Source: an uncultured Planctomycetales bacterium (lineage in GTDB: Bacteria; Planctomycetota; Phycisphaerae; UBA1845; Fen-1342). Taken from it: a stretch of 60,360 bases of DNA. Below the pieces are notes generated by a model. It was given only the letters and a program-made list of their open reading frames with translations. It had not been told where the DNA came from and searched no databases. The DNA lies in the NCBI GenBank assembly GCA_964394415.1, contig CAYMXT010000002.1, positions 1 to 60,360 of the forward strand, written 5' to 3'. Numbering within the stretch: the first letter of the stretch is position 1; each line of letters starts with the position of its first letter. Shown here piece after piece: positions 19,117 through 29,192 of the stretch. Made by a program: the position numbers and the translations under genes.

Positions 19117-19299
19117 CGACGACGACGACTGAACAACGCCCACTTCCTCGCGACGCCCCGTGGCGGCGAGACCGCCGCCATCCTCAGCACCCTGACCAGC
19201 ACGACCTGCCGGCGCCACGCGATCGACCCGCAAGCCTACCTCACGCAGTGGCCGGCCATCCGGCCCGACACGCCAGTCCGCCAACTCGACCCGTGGAAG
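19117..19299 (+). pseudogene. degenerate C-terminal remnant of an IS66-family transposase
   Basis: RLNNAHFLATPRGGETAAILSTLTSTTCRRHAIDPQAYLTQWPAIRPDTPVRQLDPWK follows the IS66 C-terminal pattern (RKNWLF..GGE.AA..YSL..TC...G..P..YL..VL.R......ELLPW). No intact upstream transposase body. Confidence 0.4.
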
Positions 19300-19423
19300 G
19301 CCGCCCGAACCACCCCGTCCGCGCCGTCGCCGGATTCATCGCCCCCGTCCGAGGCCGGCCGAGCGGAACGTGGTTCATTCAACGGACACCCAAAACCCAG
19401 CGGTAAGAACTGCAACGCGTAAA

Positions 19424-20524
19424 TCAAATGAATGCCTTTGCGAGACGGAGCGCGCCTTGTTTCCAGGGTACGCGGTGCGTCACGCCACTGGCATTTTCGA
19501 ACTTGGACTGGTTCGCAAGGTACCATTCATAGTTTCGCACGAGCGCGTCGCGGTTGCTGTACTTGGGTCGAAAACCGAGCACTTGCTCGGCCTTGTCGAT
19601 CGAGACGAAAGAGTCAGTGGCGGCGGTCTCGTAAATCCACTTGTACAGGGGGCTCAAGCGGAGCACTTCGAGGAAACGCAGCGTCCAGATCAGCGGCGTC
19701 GCCGGGAGCGCCGTGAGCCGCTTGCCGAAGCCGGCGCGGTCGAGCACGGCCTGGAAATCTTCACGCATCGTGCTGAAGTCCTTGGCGCCGATGTTGAACA
19801 CGTCATTGACGCGCTCCGGCTTGAGCGTGCAGCACAGGTAAATGGCGTCGCACAGGTCGTCGACGTCGAGGAGCTGGTAGCGGTTTCGCCCGTCGCCGAT
19901 TATCGGGAAGCCATGTCCATCCTTAGCCCATTCGTAAAACATGGCAAAGACGCCGAGTCGCTCCGGTCCGACGAAGCTCTTCGGGCGAACGATTGGGATG
20001 CACATGCCGTACCTGCCGCGCAGCTCGACGCAGACCGCCTCGGCGTCCACCTTGGCTTGTCCGTAAGGACCCACGCCGTGCAGACGATCGTCCTCGCCCA
20101 ATGGATGATGATCAGGAATGCCGTAGACCGCGGTGGACGACACGTGCACGGTCCGTTCGCAGCCGGCTTCGTGCGCCGCCGCAAGGACGTTGCGCGTGCC
20201 ATCCAGGTCGGTTGAACGAATGTCCTTTGGCGAATACAGCGGCAGCGCCGCGGCGCAATGCACGACGATTTGCGCTGCCCTGATCGCCTCGCGCACCGTG
20301 GCCAGGTCGCGGATGTCGCCGCGCATTTCGCGGATGCGACTGCGGCAATCCTCGTAGTCGAAGGGGGCGAGGTCGAGCGACGTGACGGTGTGACCGCGGG
20401 CCAGGAGGTAACGCACGAGGTTGATCCCGAGGAAGCCCGCGCCGCCAGTGATCAGGTAGCGCTTGGGCGACTCGTCCGCCGGCAGCTTGAGCGACGAAAT
20501 CGTTGAAACGGCGGATCCGGGCAT
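19424..20524 (-). CDS. NAD-dependent epimerase/dehydratase (extended SDR)
   Basis: Rossmann motif [23 protein letters not shown]. Catalytic YGQAK. Length about 366 aa. Confidence 0.85.
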   Translation of the reverse strand: MPGSAVSTISSLKLPADESPKRYLITGGAGFLGINLVRYLLARGHTVTSLDLAPFDYEDCRSRIREMRGDIRDLATVREAIRAAQIVVHCAAALPLYSPKDIRSTDLDGTRNVLAAAHEAGCERTVHVSSTAVYGIPDHHPLGEDDRLHGVGPYGQAKVDAEAVCVELRGRYGMCIPIVRPKSFVGPERLGVFAMFYEWAKDGHGFPIIGDGRNRYQLLDVDDLCDAIYLCCTLKPERVNDVFNIGAKDFSTMREDFQAVLDRAGFGKRLTALPATPLIWTLRFLEVLRLSPLYKWIYETAATDSFVSIDKAEQVLGFRPKYSNRDALVRNYEWYLANQSKFENASGVTHRVPWKQGALRLAKAFI

Positions 20525-20556
20525 GCGAGCCTCGTTTTGACGTTATCCGCGCCTTC

Positions 20557-21927
20557 TCAGGATTCCCGGCGCACCGTTGGCGGTTCAGCAGAATCGTCCG
20601 TCAACCGCCGTTGCTCGTCCTGAAGCGTGCGGAGTGGAGTGAGGTCCTGCGCGACCTCAAGCGTTCCGAGGTACGTGCCGGTCCGGTCGCGTACGGCGAA
20701 ATACCGGACGTAAACGAACTGACCACGACGATTGAACCAGAACTCCGCCACGTCGCGCCGGCCCTCGCGGAAGTCGGACAAGATGCGGTTCACGAGCCGA
20801 ATGCTGGAAGGCGGGTGGCAGTTCTGCACGTTGCGGCCGAGCACCGAGAGGTTGCGCGGAAAGATCCGGTGCGCGCTTTCGGTGAAGAACTGCACCGCAT
20901 CCTTCTCATCGACAAACGTCAGGTCGAACGGCAGCGCCGTGAAGATGCCGCGCAGTTGCTCGTGCGACAACTCGCCGGCGCGAAAGCGGACACGCCCAGC
21001 CGTTTCCGTTACGTGCTCCTCGGCCACGTCCTGGCTTGGATCGGTTGGCGCATATTCGTGGCCCGGTTCGACCAGGCACGCGCCGCACGAGAGCGAATCG
21101 CGCCACACGTCGGCCCACTCCCGCTCGGTCAGCAACCGCAGGAGCAGCGGGGCGACAACCTGCTCTTCACGAGCCATGCTCAGATGCAGACTCTTGATCA
21201 GTGCCGGCACGATGGGTTCGAGCGCTGTCCGCAATGCAGGGTCCGGCGGCGCGCGATCGAGCAGGGCCTGGAGCGCCGCCAAGCGGCTGCGCACGCCGCC
21301 ATAGTAGGCCCACAGTCTGCGTGTGAGCCCTTTGAGACCGCGGCGTTCGAGGTATGGGAGCATTACATTCTGCACACGGTCCTGATGCTTCCGCGTTTCG
21401 GAAAGCGCCTGGGCCAAACGCCTCAGGTGCTCCCGCAGCGTGGTGCTCCGGCTGTCACCCGCCGAAGGTAGGTCTGTCGCCCCGGACAGTTCGGCGGCGA
21501 GACGGCGGATGGCGTCATTCTCACGGAAGAGGGTGTCGATCGGGTGCCCCTGCGGCAAATCGAGGATGGAGCCCAGCTCGGCGACGACCTGCGGGTGCCC
21601 GCTGGACTCCCCACGCTGCCGCGCGAGGGCGCGCACCACCGACCGGTCGACGCCGTTCGCCGCCAATTCATCTTCCGCAGCGGCCCATGCCACGTCGTCC
21701 AGTTCGCCGAGCCGTGGGCGAAGCTGGGCGACGACGCGGCCGGGTTCGCAGCCGGCGCTGTGCAACAACGCCGCCGCCTGCGCCAGCGAGACGATCTCCT
21801 CCACGGCGTTGTGAAGCGGAGATGTCGGCATGCGCGTCCTTTCCGGGGCGTCGTCGCGGCTGAGCCGTGCCGCCACGGCGTCCGCGTAAACCTGGACCTC
21901 CAGGTTGACATTGCTAGCGTAGCCCAT
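20557..21927 (-). CDS. DUF438/hemerythrin-like plus PAS domain protein
   Basis: The C-terminal region FTALPFDLTFVDEKDAVQFFTES...VLGRNVQNCHPPSSIRLVNRILSDFREGRRDVAEFW...VYVRYFAVRD matches the DUF438-PAS family pattern. Helical His/Glu-rich N-terminal part. Confidence 0.7.
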   Translation of the reverse strand: MGYASNVNLEVQVYADAVAARLSRDDAPERTRMPTSPLHNAVEEIVSLAQAAALLHSAGCEPGRVVAQLRPRLGELDDVAWAAAEDELAANGVDRSVVRALARQRGESSGHPQVVAELGSILDLPQGHPIDTLFRENDAIRRLAAELSGATDLPSAGDSRSTTLREHLRRLAQALSETRKHQDRVQNVMLPYLERRGLKGLTRRLWAYYGGVRSRLAALQALLDRAPPDPALRTALEPIVPALIKSLHLSMAREEQVVAPLLLRLLTEREWADVWRDSLSCGACLVEPGHEYAPTDPSQDVAEEHVTETAGRVRFRAGELSHEQLRGIFTALPFDLTFVDEKDAVQFFTESAHRIFPRNLSVLGRNVQNCHPPSSIRLVNRILSDFREGRRDVAEFWFNRRGQFVYVRYFAVRDRTGTYLGTLEVAQDLTPLRTLQDEQRRLTDDSAEPPTVRRES

Positions 21928-22002
21928 ATAATCCGGATGTCAACATCCAGGTTAGCGGGCCGCGTGGTCCCGCTCGACCGTGGCCGCAGAGAGTGAACCG
22001 CC

Positions 22003-22527
22003 GTGACCGTATCCCAAAGCGCTGAATACGCCCTGCGGGCGGTCGTCTGGCTTGCGGCCGATCCGGATCAGACGCTCAGCACGCTGGCCATTGCCAAGGG
22101 CACGCGCGTGCCCGCGGGCTACCTCTCGAAGGTGCTTCAGGGGCTCGCGCGGGCCGGGCTCGTGCGGTCGTCGCCTGGCAGGGTCGGGGGCTTCACGCTC
22201 ACGCACCCGCCCGCTGACATCAGCGTGTTCGACGTAGTGAACGCGGTGGAGCCGCTTCAGCGCATTCGATTCTGTCCGCTGGGGATCGAATCGCACGGGT
22301 CGAGGCTCTGTCCGCTTCATCGGAGCCTGGACCAGGTCGCCGAGGCGACCGAGCGCGCCTTCCGCCGGACGACCATCGCGCAATTGCTGAGCGCAGACGA
22401 CGCGTGTCCCCCGCTTTGCGACGCCGGAACTCGCCGCGTGAAACTCGGCTCGCTTCGGTCCGGCGGGCCGGTTGCGCGCCGAAACATTCCGCGTGGACGC
22501 CGAGCCACAGGGAGCGCCCAGGCATGA
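22003..22527 (+). CDS. Rrf2 family transcriptional regulator (NsrR-like)
   Basis: MTVSQSAEYALRAVVWLA...LSTLAIAKGTRVPAGYLSKVLQGLARAGLVRSSPGRVGGF. Cys residues in CPLGIESHGSRLCPLH. ATGA overlap with the downstream NnrS gene. Confidence 0.85.
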   Translation: MTVSQSAEYALRAVVWLAADPDQTLSTLAIAKGTRVPAGYLSKVLQGLARAGLVRSSPGRVGGFTLTHPPADISVFDVVNAVEPLQRIRFCPLGIESHGSRLCPLHRSLDQVAEATERAFRRTTIAQLLSADDACPPLCDAGTRRVKLGSLRSGGPVARRNIPRGRRATGSAQA

Positions 22528-24431
22528 CGAACACCGTCGGTTCGCAAACCGCCATTCACCCGGAGGCGATGCTGCCGGACGTGCTTCGCGCGTACCCGCA
22601 TGTGCGCCCGGTGTTTGATCGATACGGCCTGCGGGGCTGCGGCGGACCGCTGGGGCCGGCCGAGTCGATCCGTTTCTTCGCGCGTGCGCATGGAGTCGAC
22701 GAGGCCACGCTCCTGCAAGAACTGAACGGAGCGCTTCGGAATCCGGTTCCGCCGCCCGGGAACGCAGTCGATGCGCCGCGCAATCCCCTGGACGAGCTGG
22801 CGGACACGATCTACCGCCGCTTCTTCAAGGCCGGCATTGTCGTGATCCTGACGGCCGGTGCGGTCTGGGGCGCCTACCTGCTGCTCCAGATCGCGTTTCG
22901 CAGCTCGTTCACAGCCGTCTCGATTCACGACGTCAACGCCCACGGCCACGCCCAGATCTTCGGCTGGATGGGTCTGTTCGTCATGGGCTTTGCCTATCAG
23001 GCCTTCCCGCGCATGAAGCACACGAGCCTGTGGCGGCCGGACCTGGCGAACTTCGCGTTCTACCTGCTGGTGTTCGGCGTCTTCCTGCGTGCGATCACCG
23101 AGCCGCTTCACGCAGCGCCGTTGATGCGCGAGCTGGCGGTGACGGCCAGCGTGGCCGAGTTGGCCGCGATCGGCCTGTGCCTGACGATCGTCGGCAACAC
23201 GCTGCGCCGCGGCGGCAAGCCGCTCGAGACCCACGACTATTACATTGCGGCGGCACTGGGGTTCTTCGCATTACAAGGACTCGGCGACGCGGCGCTCACC
23301 TACGCCACGATCAGCGCCGGGAGCCGCGAAGCGCTGCTGGCGATCGTGGGAACCTACCAGGCGGCGCTGCGGAACGTCCAGATTCACGGTTTCGGGCTGC
23401 TGATCATCCTGGGAGTCGGGCTGCGCATGTTCCCGGTGCTGTTCGGCATGCATCGACCGAGCGCGCGGTCGCAGCGCATCGCGCTCCCTCTGCTCGTGGT
23501 CGCTGTGCTCGGCGAGTCGCTCTCTGTGATGCTGATGCAGCTCACGGCCAACCGCGCCTGGGCGGCGCCGCTCTTCGCATCCACGATCGTGCTGGCGGCG
23601 ACGAGCGTCGCGCTGACGTTCCGCTGGGGTGTGCTGGCCCGCCCGACGGAGCAGGACCGCAGCAGCAAATTCGTGCGGGCGGCGGTGTGCTGGCTGCAAA
23701 CATCGATGGTTCTGCTCGTGCTCGCGCCGCTGCACATGCTGGTCGTGCTGCCCGGCGCCGCGATGCTCTCGGAGTCCGGCCGCCACGCCGCGGAGATCGG
23801 CTTCTCGCACGCGTACTATGGCGCCGCGCGGCACGCGATCACGGTCGGGTTCATCTCCATGATGATCCTTGGCATGGCCGCCAAGGTCGTGCCGACGCTG
23901 AACGGGGTGGACATCCGGCGCTTGCGGGGGTTGTGGCTGCCCTTCTTCCTTGTGAACGCGGGATGCGCGCTGCGCGTCGCGCTTCAGATCGGCACCGACT
24001 TCACAGCGTTCGCCTTTCCGGTCGTCGGGTTCAGCGGCGTGCTGGAAGTGAGCGGCATCGCCTTTTGGGGCGTGCACCTGTGGCGAATCATGGCGGGTTG
24101 GCGACCGGAGGAGGAAACCGTCGCCGAGCGGCCGGTGAGGATCACCGCGGACCACAAGGTGGGGCACATCATCGCATGGTTCCCAGCCACGCTGGAGGTG
24201 CTGTTGGCCAAGGGCTTCACGCCGCTGGCCAATCCGCTGCTGCGCAGCACGATGGCGCGGGCCGTTTCGCTGCGGACCGCGGCGGCGCGGCAGAACCTGG
24301 ACCTGGGACAACTGCTTGCGGAACTGAACGAAGTAGCGTTTGGTGCTAAGGAACGATGCGGTCCGGCGGCGGAGGCCAGGCCCACGGGGCAAGGTGCAGC
24401 GCGAGCCCTGCCGGTATTGAGCAATACCTAG
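22524..24431 (+). CDS. NnrS-family polytopic membrane protein flanked by DUF1858-like domains at both termini
   Basis: N-terminal region: MLPDVLRAYPHVRPVFDRYGLRGCGGP. About 12 TM helices in the NnrS-like core. C-terminal region: VGHIIAWFPATLEVLLAKGFTPLANPLLRSTMARAVSLRTAA. Internal start of ORF 22404..24431. Confidence 0.75.
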   Translation: MTNTVGSQTAIHPEAMLPDVLRAYPHVRPVFDRYGLRGCGGPLGPAESIRFFARAHGVDEATLLQELNGALRNPVPPPGNAVDAPRNPLDELADTIYRRFFKAGIVVILTAGAVWGAYLLLQIAFRSSFTAVSIHDVNAHGHAQIFGWMGLFVMGFAYQAFPRMKHTSLWRPDLANFAFYLLVFGVFLRAITEPLHAAPLMRELAVTASVAELAAIGLCLTIVGNTLRRGGKPLETHDYYIAAALGFFALQGLGDAALTYATISAGSREALLAIVGTYQAALRNVQIHGFGLLIILGVGLRMFPVLFGMHRPSARSQRIALPLLVVAVLGESLSVMLMQLTANRAWAAPLFASTIVLAATSVALTFRWGVLARPTEQDRSSKFVRAAVCWLQTSMVLLVLAPLHMLVVLPGAAMLSESGRHAAEIGFSHAYYGAARHAITVGFISMMILGMAAKVVPTLNGVDIRRLRGLWLPFFLVNAGCALRVALQIGTDFTAFAFPVVGFSGVLEVSGIAFWGVHLWRIMAGWRPEEETVAERPVRITADHKVGHIIAWFPATLEVLLAKGFTPLANPLLRSTMARAVSLRTAAARQNLDLGQLLAELNEVAFGAKERCGPAAEARPTGQGAARALPVLSNT

Positions 24432-24499
24432 CGCTGCGCGCATCAAGAATGTGGCGTCGGTACGGATGGAAGGCGGGGCCCGACTACGGAGCCTGAGGA

Positions 24500-25930
24500 A
24501 TGGCAGAGAGTCGATCTTGGGCGGAACCCTGGAAGGTCAAGATGGTGGAGCACCTTCGCATGACCACGCGCGAGGAGCGCGAACAGGCGATCGCGGACGC
24601 CGGGTTCAATACGTTTCTTCTGCCCAGCCGGCTGGTCTACATCGACCTGCTCACCGACTCCGGCACGTCGGCGATGAGCGATGTGCAGTGGGCCGGTCTG
24701 ATGCGCGGAGACGAAGCCTACGCCGGCTCCGAAAGCTTCTTTTCGCTCGAGCGCGCGGTGCAACGGTTCTACGGCTACCGGCACGTCATCCCGACGCACC
24801 AGGGACGCGGCGCGGAGCACATTCTCAGCCGCATCTGCATCCGGGAAGGCGACGTTGTCCCCGGTAACATGTACTTCACCACCACCAAGGCGCATCAGGA
24901 GTTGGCCGGCGGCCGCTTCGCGGACGTGATTATCGACGAAGCCCACGATCCCGACAGCGAGCACCCCTTCAAGGGCAACGTGGACCTGAGCAAGCTTCAG
25001 AAACTCATCGATCAGGTCGGTCCGAAGCGCATCCCCTATCTGTCCCTGGAAACCAACGTCAACATGGCCGGCGGCCAGCCTTGCAGCTTGCAGAACGTGC
25101 GCGACGTCTCCGAACTCTGCCGCCGCCACGGGATACGCGTGTTTCTCGACGCCACAAGAGCCGTGGAGAACAGCTATTTCATCAAGCAGCGCGAGCCAGG
25201 ATGCGCGCACAAGTCCCTGGCCGAGATCCTGCGCGAGATCTGCGAATGCGCGGACGGCTGCACCATGTCCGCCAAGAAGGACTCGCTGGTGAACATCGGG
25301 GGGTTTCTGGCGCTCAACGACGATTCGCTCGCCGAGCAGGCGCGAAATCTTGTCGTGCTGTATGAAGGCCTGCACACGTACGGCGGCATGGCCGGCCGCG
25401 ACATGGAGGCCCTCGCCACCGGCATCGAGGAGTCCGTGCAGTGGGACCACATGCACGCCCGCGTCGGGCAGGTGCAGTATCTCGGCCGCAAGCTGATCGA
25501 AGCCGGCGTTCCGCTCGTAAGACCGATCGGCGGACACGGCGTATTCCTGAACGCGGCACGGTTTCTCCCGCATATTCCGCGTGAGCAGTTCCCCGCCCAG
25601 GCCCTCGCGGCGGCGCTGTACGTCGATTCCGGCGTACGCGCCATGGAGCGCGGCGCGGTCTCCGCCGGACGCGACGCCCAAACCGGAAAGAACCTATTTC
25701 CGAACCTGGAGCTGGTGCGGCTGACGATTCCGCGGCGCGTCTACACGCAAGCTCACATGGACGTGACGGCGGAATCGGTGGTCGCGCTGCGAGAAAGTCA
25801 CCGGCGGATCGTTGGGTTAGAGCTTACGTACGAGCCAAAGGTACTGCGGTTCTTTCAGGCGCGCTTCAAGCCGGTGCAAGGGACACGGATACTCCGCGAG
25901 GCATTCAGCGAATCCACGTATCGCGGCTAG
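24500..25930 (+). CDS. tryptophanase / tyrosine phenol-lyase family beta-eliminating lyase (PLP)
   Basis: Collinear with TnaA by eye: FIDLLTDSGTSAMS, MRGDEAYAGS, IPTHQGRGAEHIL, PLP-Lys SAKKDSLVNIGG, LRLTIPRRVYTQAHMD, TYEPKVLRFF. Confidence 0.85.
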   Translation: MAESRSWAEPWKVKMVEHLRMTTREEREQAIADAGFNTFLLPSRLVYIDLLTDSGTSAMSDVQWAGLMRGDEAYAGSESFFSLERAVQRFYGYRHVIPTHQGRGAEHILSRICIREGDVVPGNMYFTTTKAHQELAGGRFADVIIDEAHDPDSEHPFKGNVDLSKLQKLIDQVGPKRIPYLSLETNVNMAGGQPCSLQNVRDVSELCRRHGIRVFLDATRAVENSYFIKQREPGCAHKSLAEILREICECADGCTMSAKKDSLVNIGGFLALNDDSLAEQARNLVVLYEGLHTYGGMAGRDMEALATGIEESVQWDHMHARVGQVQYLGRKLIEAGVPLVRPIGGHGVFLNAARFLPHIPREQFPAQALAAALYVDSGVRAMERGAVSAGRDAQTGKNLFPNLELVRLTIPRRVYTQAHMDVTAESVVALRESHRRIVGLELTYEPKVLRFFQARFKPVQGTRILREAFSESTYRG

Positions 25931-26114
25931 TCCGTCGACGCGCCGGACTTGGTTCCGGCAGATCAGGACAACGTATGCATAGCCCTTCGGAGCCCTTTCG
26001 GAATGTTGACGTGGCCGTCGTTGGCGGAGGCCCGGCCGGGGCGGCGCTGGAACAGATGACCCCGCCCCCACCGCCGCTCGTCGATACTGAAGGTCACTGA
26101 CAAACAGGGAGCAC

Positions 26115-26831
26115 ATGATGAAGACGTTTGAACTGGAGAATACGGTCGGTGAAATCGTGACGCACTGCCCGGCGCTGTCGCGCATCTTTGAGGCAGAGGG
26201 AATCGACTACTGCTGCGGCGGCAAGAAGACCATCGCTGAGGTCTGCCGGACGAAAGGGCGCGACCCCGAGGTCTTGTTGACCAAGTTGAGGGAGTCCGCC
26301 GCTGCAATGGCCCATGAACCCACAGTTGACGCCGCGGCGATGTCCCTGACGGAGCTGGCCGACCACGTCGAGCAGACGCACCACGCCTATCTGCGCCGGG
26401 AACTGCCGCGCCTGGACGCGATGACGCGGAAGGTCGCCTCAGTTCACGGCGACAAGGACGCTCGTCTTGCTCAGCTTCGGGATACGTTTCTCGGATTCGC
26501 GGCCGGAATGAACAGCCACATGATGAAGGAGGAGCAGATTCTCTTCCCCATGATTCGGCACCTTGCTGCCAGCGCGACGGCTCCGAACTTCCATTGTGGA
26601 TCGCTCGCCAATCCCATCCGCCAGATGGAACGGGAGCACGATGAGGCGGGGTTCGCCCTGGCGCGCCATCGCGAACTGACGGATCAGTACACCCCACCTG
26701 ACTGGGCCTGCAACACGTACCGCGCCATGGTGGACGGCCTGGCCAGTCTGGAGCGCGACATGCACCAACATGTGCACAAGGAGAACAACATCCTGTTTCC
26801 CCGAGCGATTCAACGCGAGGCACAACAATAG
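26115..26831 (+). CDS. ric: iron-sulfur cluster repair di-iron protein (RIC/YtfE/ScdA)
   Basis: N-terminal ScdA_N motif: VGEIVTHCPALSRIFEAEGIDYCCGG. Hemerythrin-like His/Glu motifs: HHAYLRRELP, HMMKEEQILFP, REHDEAG, HVHKENNILFP. Confidence 0.85.
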   Translation: MMKTFELENTVGEIVTHCPALSRIFEAEGIDYCCGGKKTIAEVCRTKGRDPEVLLTKLRESAAAMAHEPTVDAAAMSLTELADHVEQTHHAYLRRELPRLDAMTRKVASVHGDKDARLAQLRDTFLGFAAGMNSHMMKEEQILFPMIRHLAASATAPNFHCGSLANPIRQMEREHDEAGFALARHRELTDQYTPPDWACNTYRAMVDGLASLERDMHQHVHKENNILFPRAIQREAQQ

Positions 26832-27060
26832 CATGGCAATCGCGAAGGGCACGCGCGTTCCGGCGCGATTCGTACCGTCGTGTCCGCGGAAGCCCGGTGG
26901 ATTCGTCGCAGTGCGCCGGCCCCCGGACCTGCCCGCGCCGGACGTCGCCAAGGCCGTGGACCCGGCCTGGGCGGATTCGCAGGCGCCTGATTGGCGTCCG
27001 CATACCCGGCTCGTCGCGCGGCCACGCGTGCGATGACGTGGTAGAACAAAAGGAGCAGCG

Positions 27061-28539
27061 TTGCGAGCGCTAATCATTTCCCCGTTATTCCCGGACACGT
27101 TCTGGTCGTTCCGCCACGCCCTGCGTTTCGTCCGCAAGCAGGCGGCCTTCCCACCCCTGGGGCTGTTGACGGTTGCGGCACTCTTGCCGAAAGAGTGGGA
27201 GCTGCGACTCATCGACCTGAATGCGGGGCGCCTCACGGATGCGGACCTGGACTGGGCCGATTCCGCGTGGATTGGCGGGATGACGATTCAGGCCCCCTCC
27301 GGCGAGTCGGTTCTCGATCGCTGTCGTGCTGCGGGATTGCTGACGGTGGTCGGCGGTCCGATGGCAACCTGCGAGCCGGAGCGATTCGACCGGGCCGATC
27401 ACCTCGTGCTCAACGAAGCGGAGGTCACACTGCCGGAATTCCTGGAGGACTTCGCGCACGGCGCCGCCAGGCACATCTACACGAGCCCGGTCAAGCCGAA
27501 TCTTGCGCTCACGCCCGCGCCGCGGTGGGACCTGCTGAACCTCAACCGGTACTACTCCATGTGTGTGCAGTTCAGCAGGGGTTGCCCTTTCGACTGCGAG
27601 TTCTGCAACGTTACCTCGTTATTCGGGCGCTCGCCGCGCACTAAGACCGCCGAGCAGTGCATTGCCGAGCTGGACGGCTTGTACACCCGAGGATGGCGCG
27701 GTCCGCTGTTCTTTGTCGACGACAATCTGACGGCGAACAAGAAAGCGGTGCGCGAGTTGCTCCTCGCCCTGGTGGAGTGGCGTAAAGGCAAGTCGCACAT
27801 CCCGCTTCAGACCCAGGCATCGATCAATCTGGCCGACAGCCCGGACTTGCCCAGGTTGATGACGGACGCGGGCTTCGACACCGTGTTCGTCGGAATCGAG
27901 ACGCCCGACGAGGATGCCCTTCGCGAATGCGCCAAGAGGCAGAACCTCAAACGCGATCTGGTCGCCGACGTCCGCAAGCTGCATCGGGCCGGCCTTGAGG
28001 TTCAGGCGGGGTTCATCCTGGGCTTCGACGCGGACACCGGTTCGATCTTCAAGCGGCAGATCGACTTTATTCAAAAATGCGGCATCGTCACCGCGATGGT
28101 CGGACTACTGCAGGCTCCGGTGGGCACGAGACTGCACCAGCGCTTGAGCCGGGAGGGTCGACTGCTCGGTCAGATCACCGGCGATAACGTCGATGGGTCG
28201 ACCAATGTGATGACCCGCATGCCCTCCAGCGAACTCAAGGCCGGCTTCCTCCAGGTCATGAAGCATTTGTATTCCCCTGAGCCGTACCTGCAGCGCGTCA
28301 AGGCCTTCCTGCGCGATTACCGGGCGCCTCGGTCCGGCCAGCCGGTCAGTTGGCTGCGGCTCAGGGCGTTTGCAGCGTCGCTATGGAGCCTGGGCGTCCG
28401 CCGCCAAGGGCGCTGGCAATATTGGAAACTGCTGACGTGGACCCTCCTGCGCCGGCCGGGGCACTTTGCGCGAGCCGTAAGCCTGTGGATCCACGGCCAT
28501 CACTTTCGCGAAGTCTGCCGCCTGCGGCTGACGACGTAA
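27061..28539 (+). CDS. B12-binding-domain radical SAM protein (DUF4070-type C-terminus)
   Basis: TTG start. N-terminal B12-binding-like region: PLGLLTVAALLP. Radical SAM motif: SRGCPFDCEFCNV. Confidence 0.8.
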   Translation: MRALIISPLFPDTFWSFRHALRFVRKQAAFPPLGLLTVAALLPKEWELRLIDLNAGRLTDADLDWADSAWIGGMTIQAPSGESVLDRCRAAGLLTVVGGPMATCEPERFDRADHLVLNEAEVTLPEFLEDFAHGAARHIYTSPVKPNLALTPAPRWDLLNLNRYYSMCVQFSRGCPFDCEFCNVTSLFGRSPRTKTAEQCIAELDGLYTRGWRGPLFFVDDNLTANKKAVRELLLALVEWRKGKSHIPLQTQASINLADSPDLPRLMTDAGFDTVFVGIETPDEDALRECAKRQNLKRDLVADVRKLHRAGLEVQAGFILGFDADTGSIFKRQIDFIQKCGIVTAMVGLLQAPVGTRLHQRLSREGRLLGQITGDNVDGSTNVMTRMPSSELKAGFLQVMKHLYSPEPYLQRVKAFLRDYRAPRSGQPVSWLRLRAFAASLWSLGVRRQGRWQYWKLLTWTLLRRPGHFARAVSLWIHGHHFREVCRLRLTT

Positions 28540-28598
28540 GCGTAAAGGCGATGCGGCGTCGCGCTCGTTCGTGAATGGGTCCGTTTTGGAGGTTGGCG

Positions 28599-29174
28599 AT
28601 GCCCGTGACTCTCGGCGGCAAGCCGGACCATGACTTTGACGAGCCGCTCGGTCTGCTGATGGATTGCCACCGTCGAATTGAGCGGTTTCTGAATCTGCTG
28701 GCAACGGTCGCGGGGCGGCGCCGCGGCGCTGCACTGAGCGACGAGGAACGTCAGGGCCTGCGGCAATCGCTCGAATACTTCCGCAGCGCAGCGCCGCGAC
28801 ACACGCAGGACGAGGAGGATTCCCTCTTCCCGCGCCTGCGCGAGATCGTCGATTCGCGCATCGAGGCGATGTTGCGGGACGTAGCGCTGCTGGAACTGGA
28901 GCATCGGGCCGCCGGCGTCCTGCACGACCGCGTCGATGACCTCGTGGAGCGCTGGCTGGAACGCGGGCAGTTGGACAAGCGCTACGCAGACGAACTGGAC
29001 CATCTGCTCGCGCGGCTGAGGGAAATATACCGTCGTCACATCGCCTTCGAAGACGAACACGTGTTTCCATTGTCGGCCGCGGTGCTCACGACCGAGCAGC
29101 TCGCGTGCCTCGGGAACGAAATGGCATTGCGACGTGGAATCGCGCGACCGGCGCTCGCCAGGGGCAGTGACTGA
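28599..29174 (+). CDS. hemerythrin domain-containing protein
   Basis: ATG 28599 lies 6 nt after TGGAGG (ORF begins 28575). Motifs: MDCHRRIERF, PRHTQDEEDSLFP, LEHRAAG, HIAFEDEHVFP. Confidence 0.75.
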   Translation: MPVTLGGKPDHDFDEPLGLLMDCHRRIERFLNLLATVAGRRRGAALSDEERQGLRQSLEYFRSAAPRHTQDEEDSLFPRLREIVDSRIEAMLRDVALLELEHRAAGVLHDRVDDLVERWLERGQLDKRYADELDHLLARLREIYRRHIAFEDEHVFPLSAAVLTTEQLACLGNEMALRRGIARPALARGSD

Positions 29175-29192
29175 CTCATCGATGGAGGCATT

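Noticed and set aside
18732-19406. 224-aa plus-strand ORF spanning the methyltransferase-epimerase spacer.
   Set aside because: Its Pro/Arg-rich translation carries no motif. The only meaningful signal in this spacer is the IS66-like remnant, which is in a different frame (19117-19299).
25974-25981. TATGCATA palindrome ~135 nt upstream of ric/ytfE, reminiscent of the ATGCAT core of enterobacterial NsrR boxes.
   Set aside because: It is only 8 bp, the flanking AA/TT-rich arms of the NsrR consensus are absent, and I did not see the same motif upstream of the other candidate regulon members.
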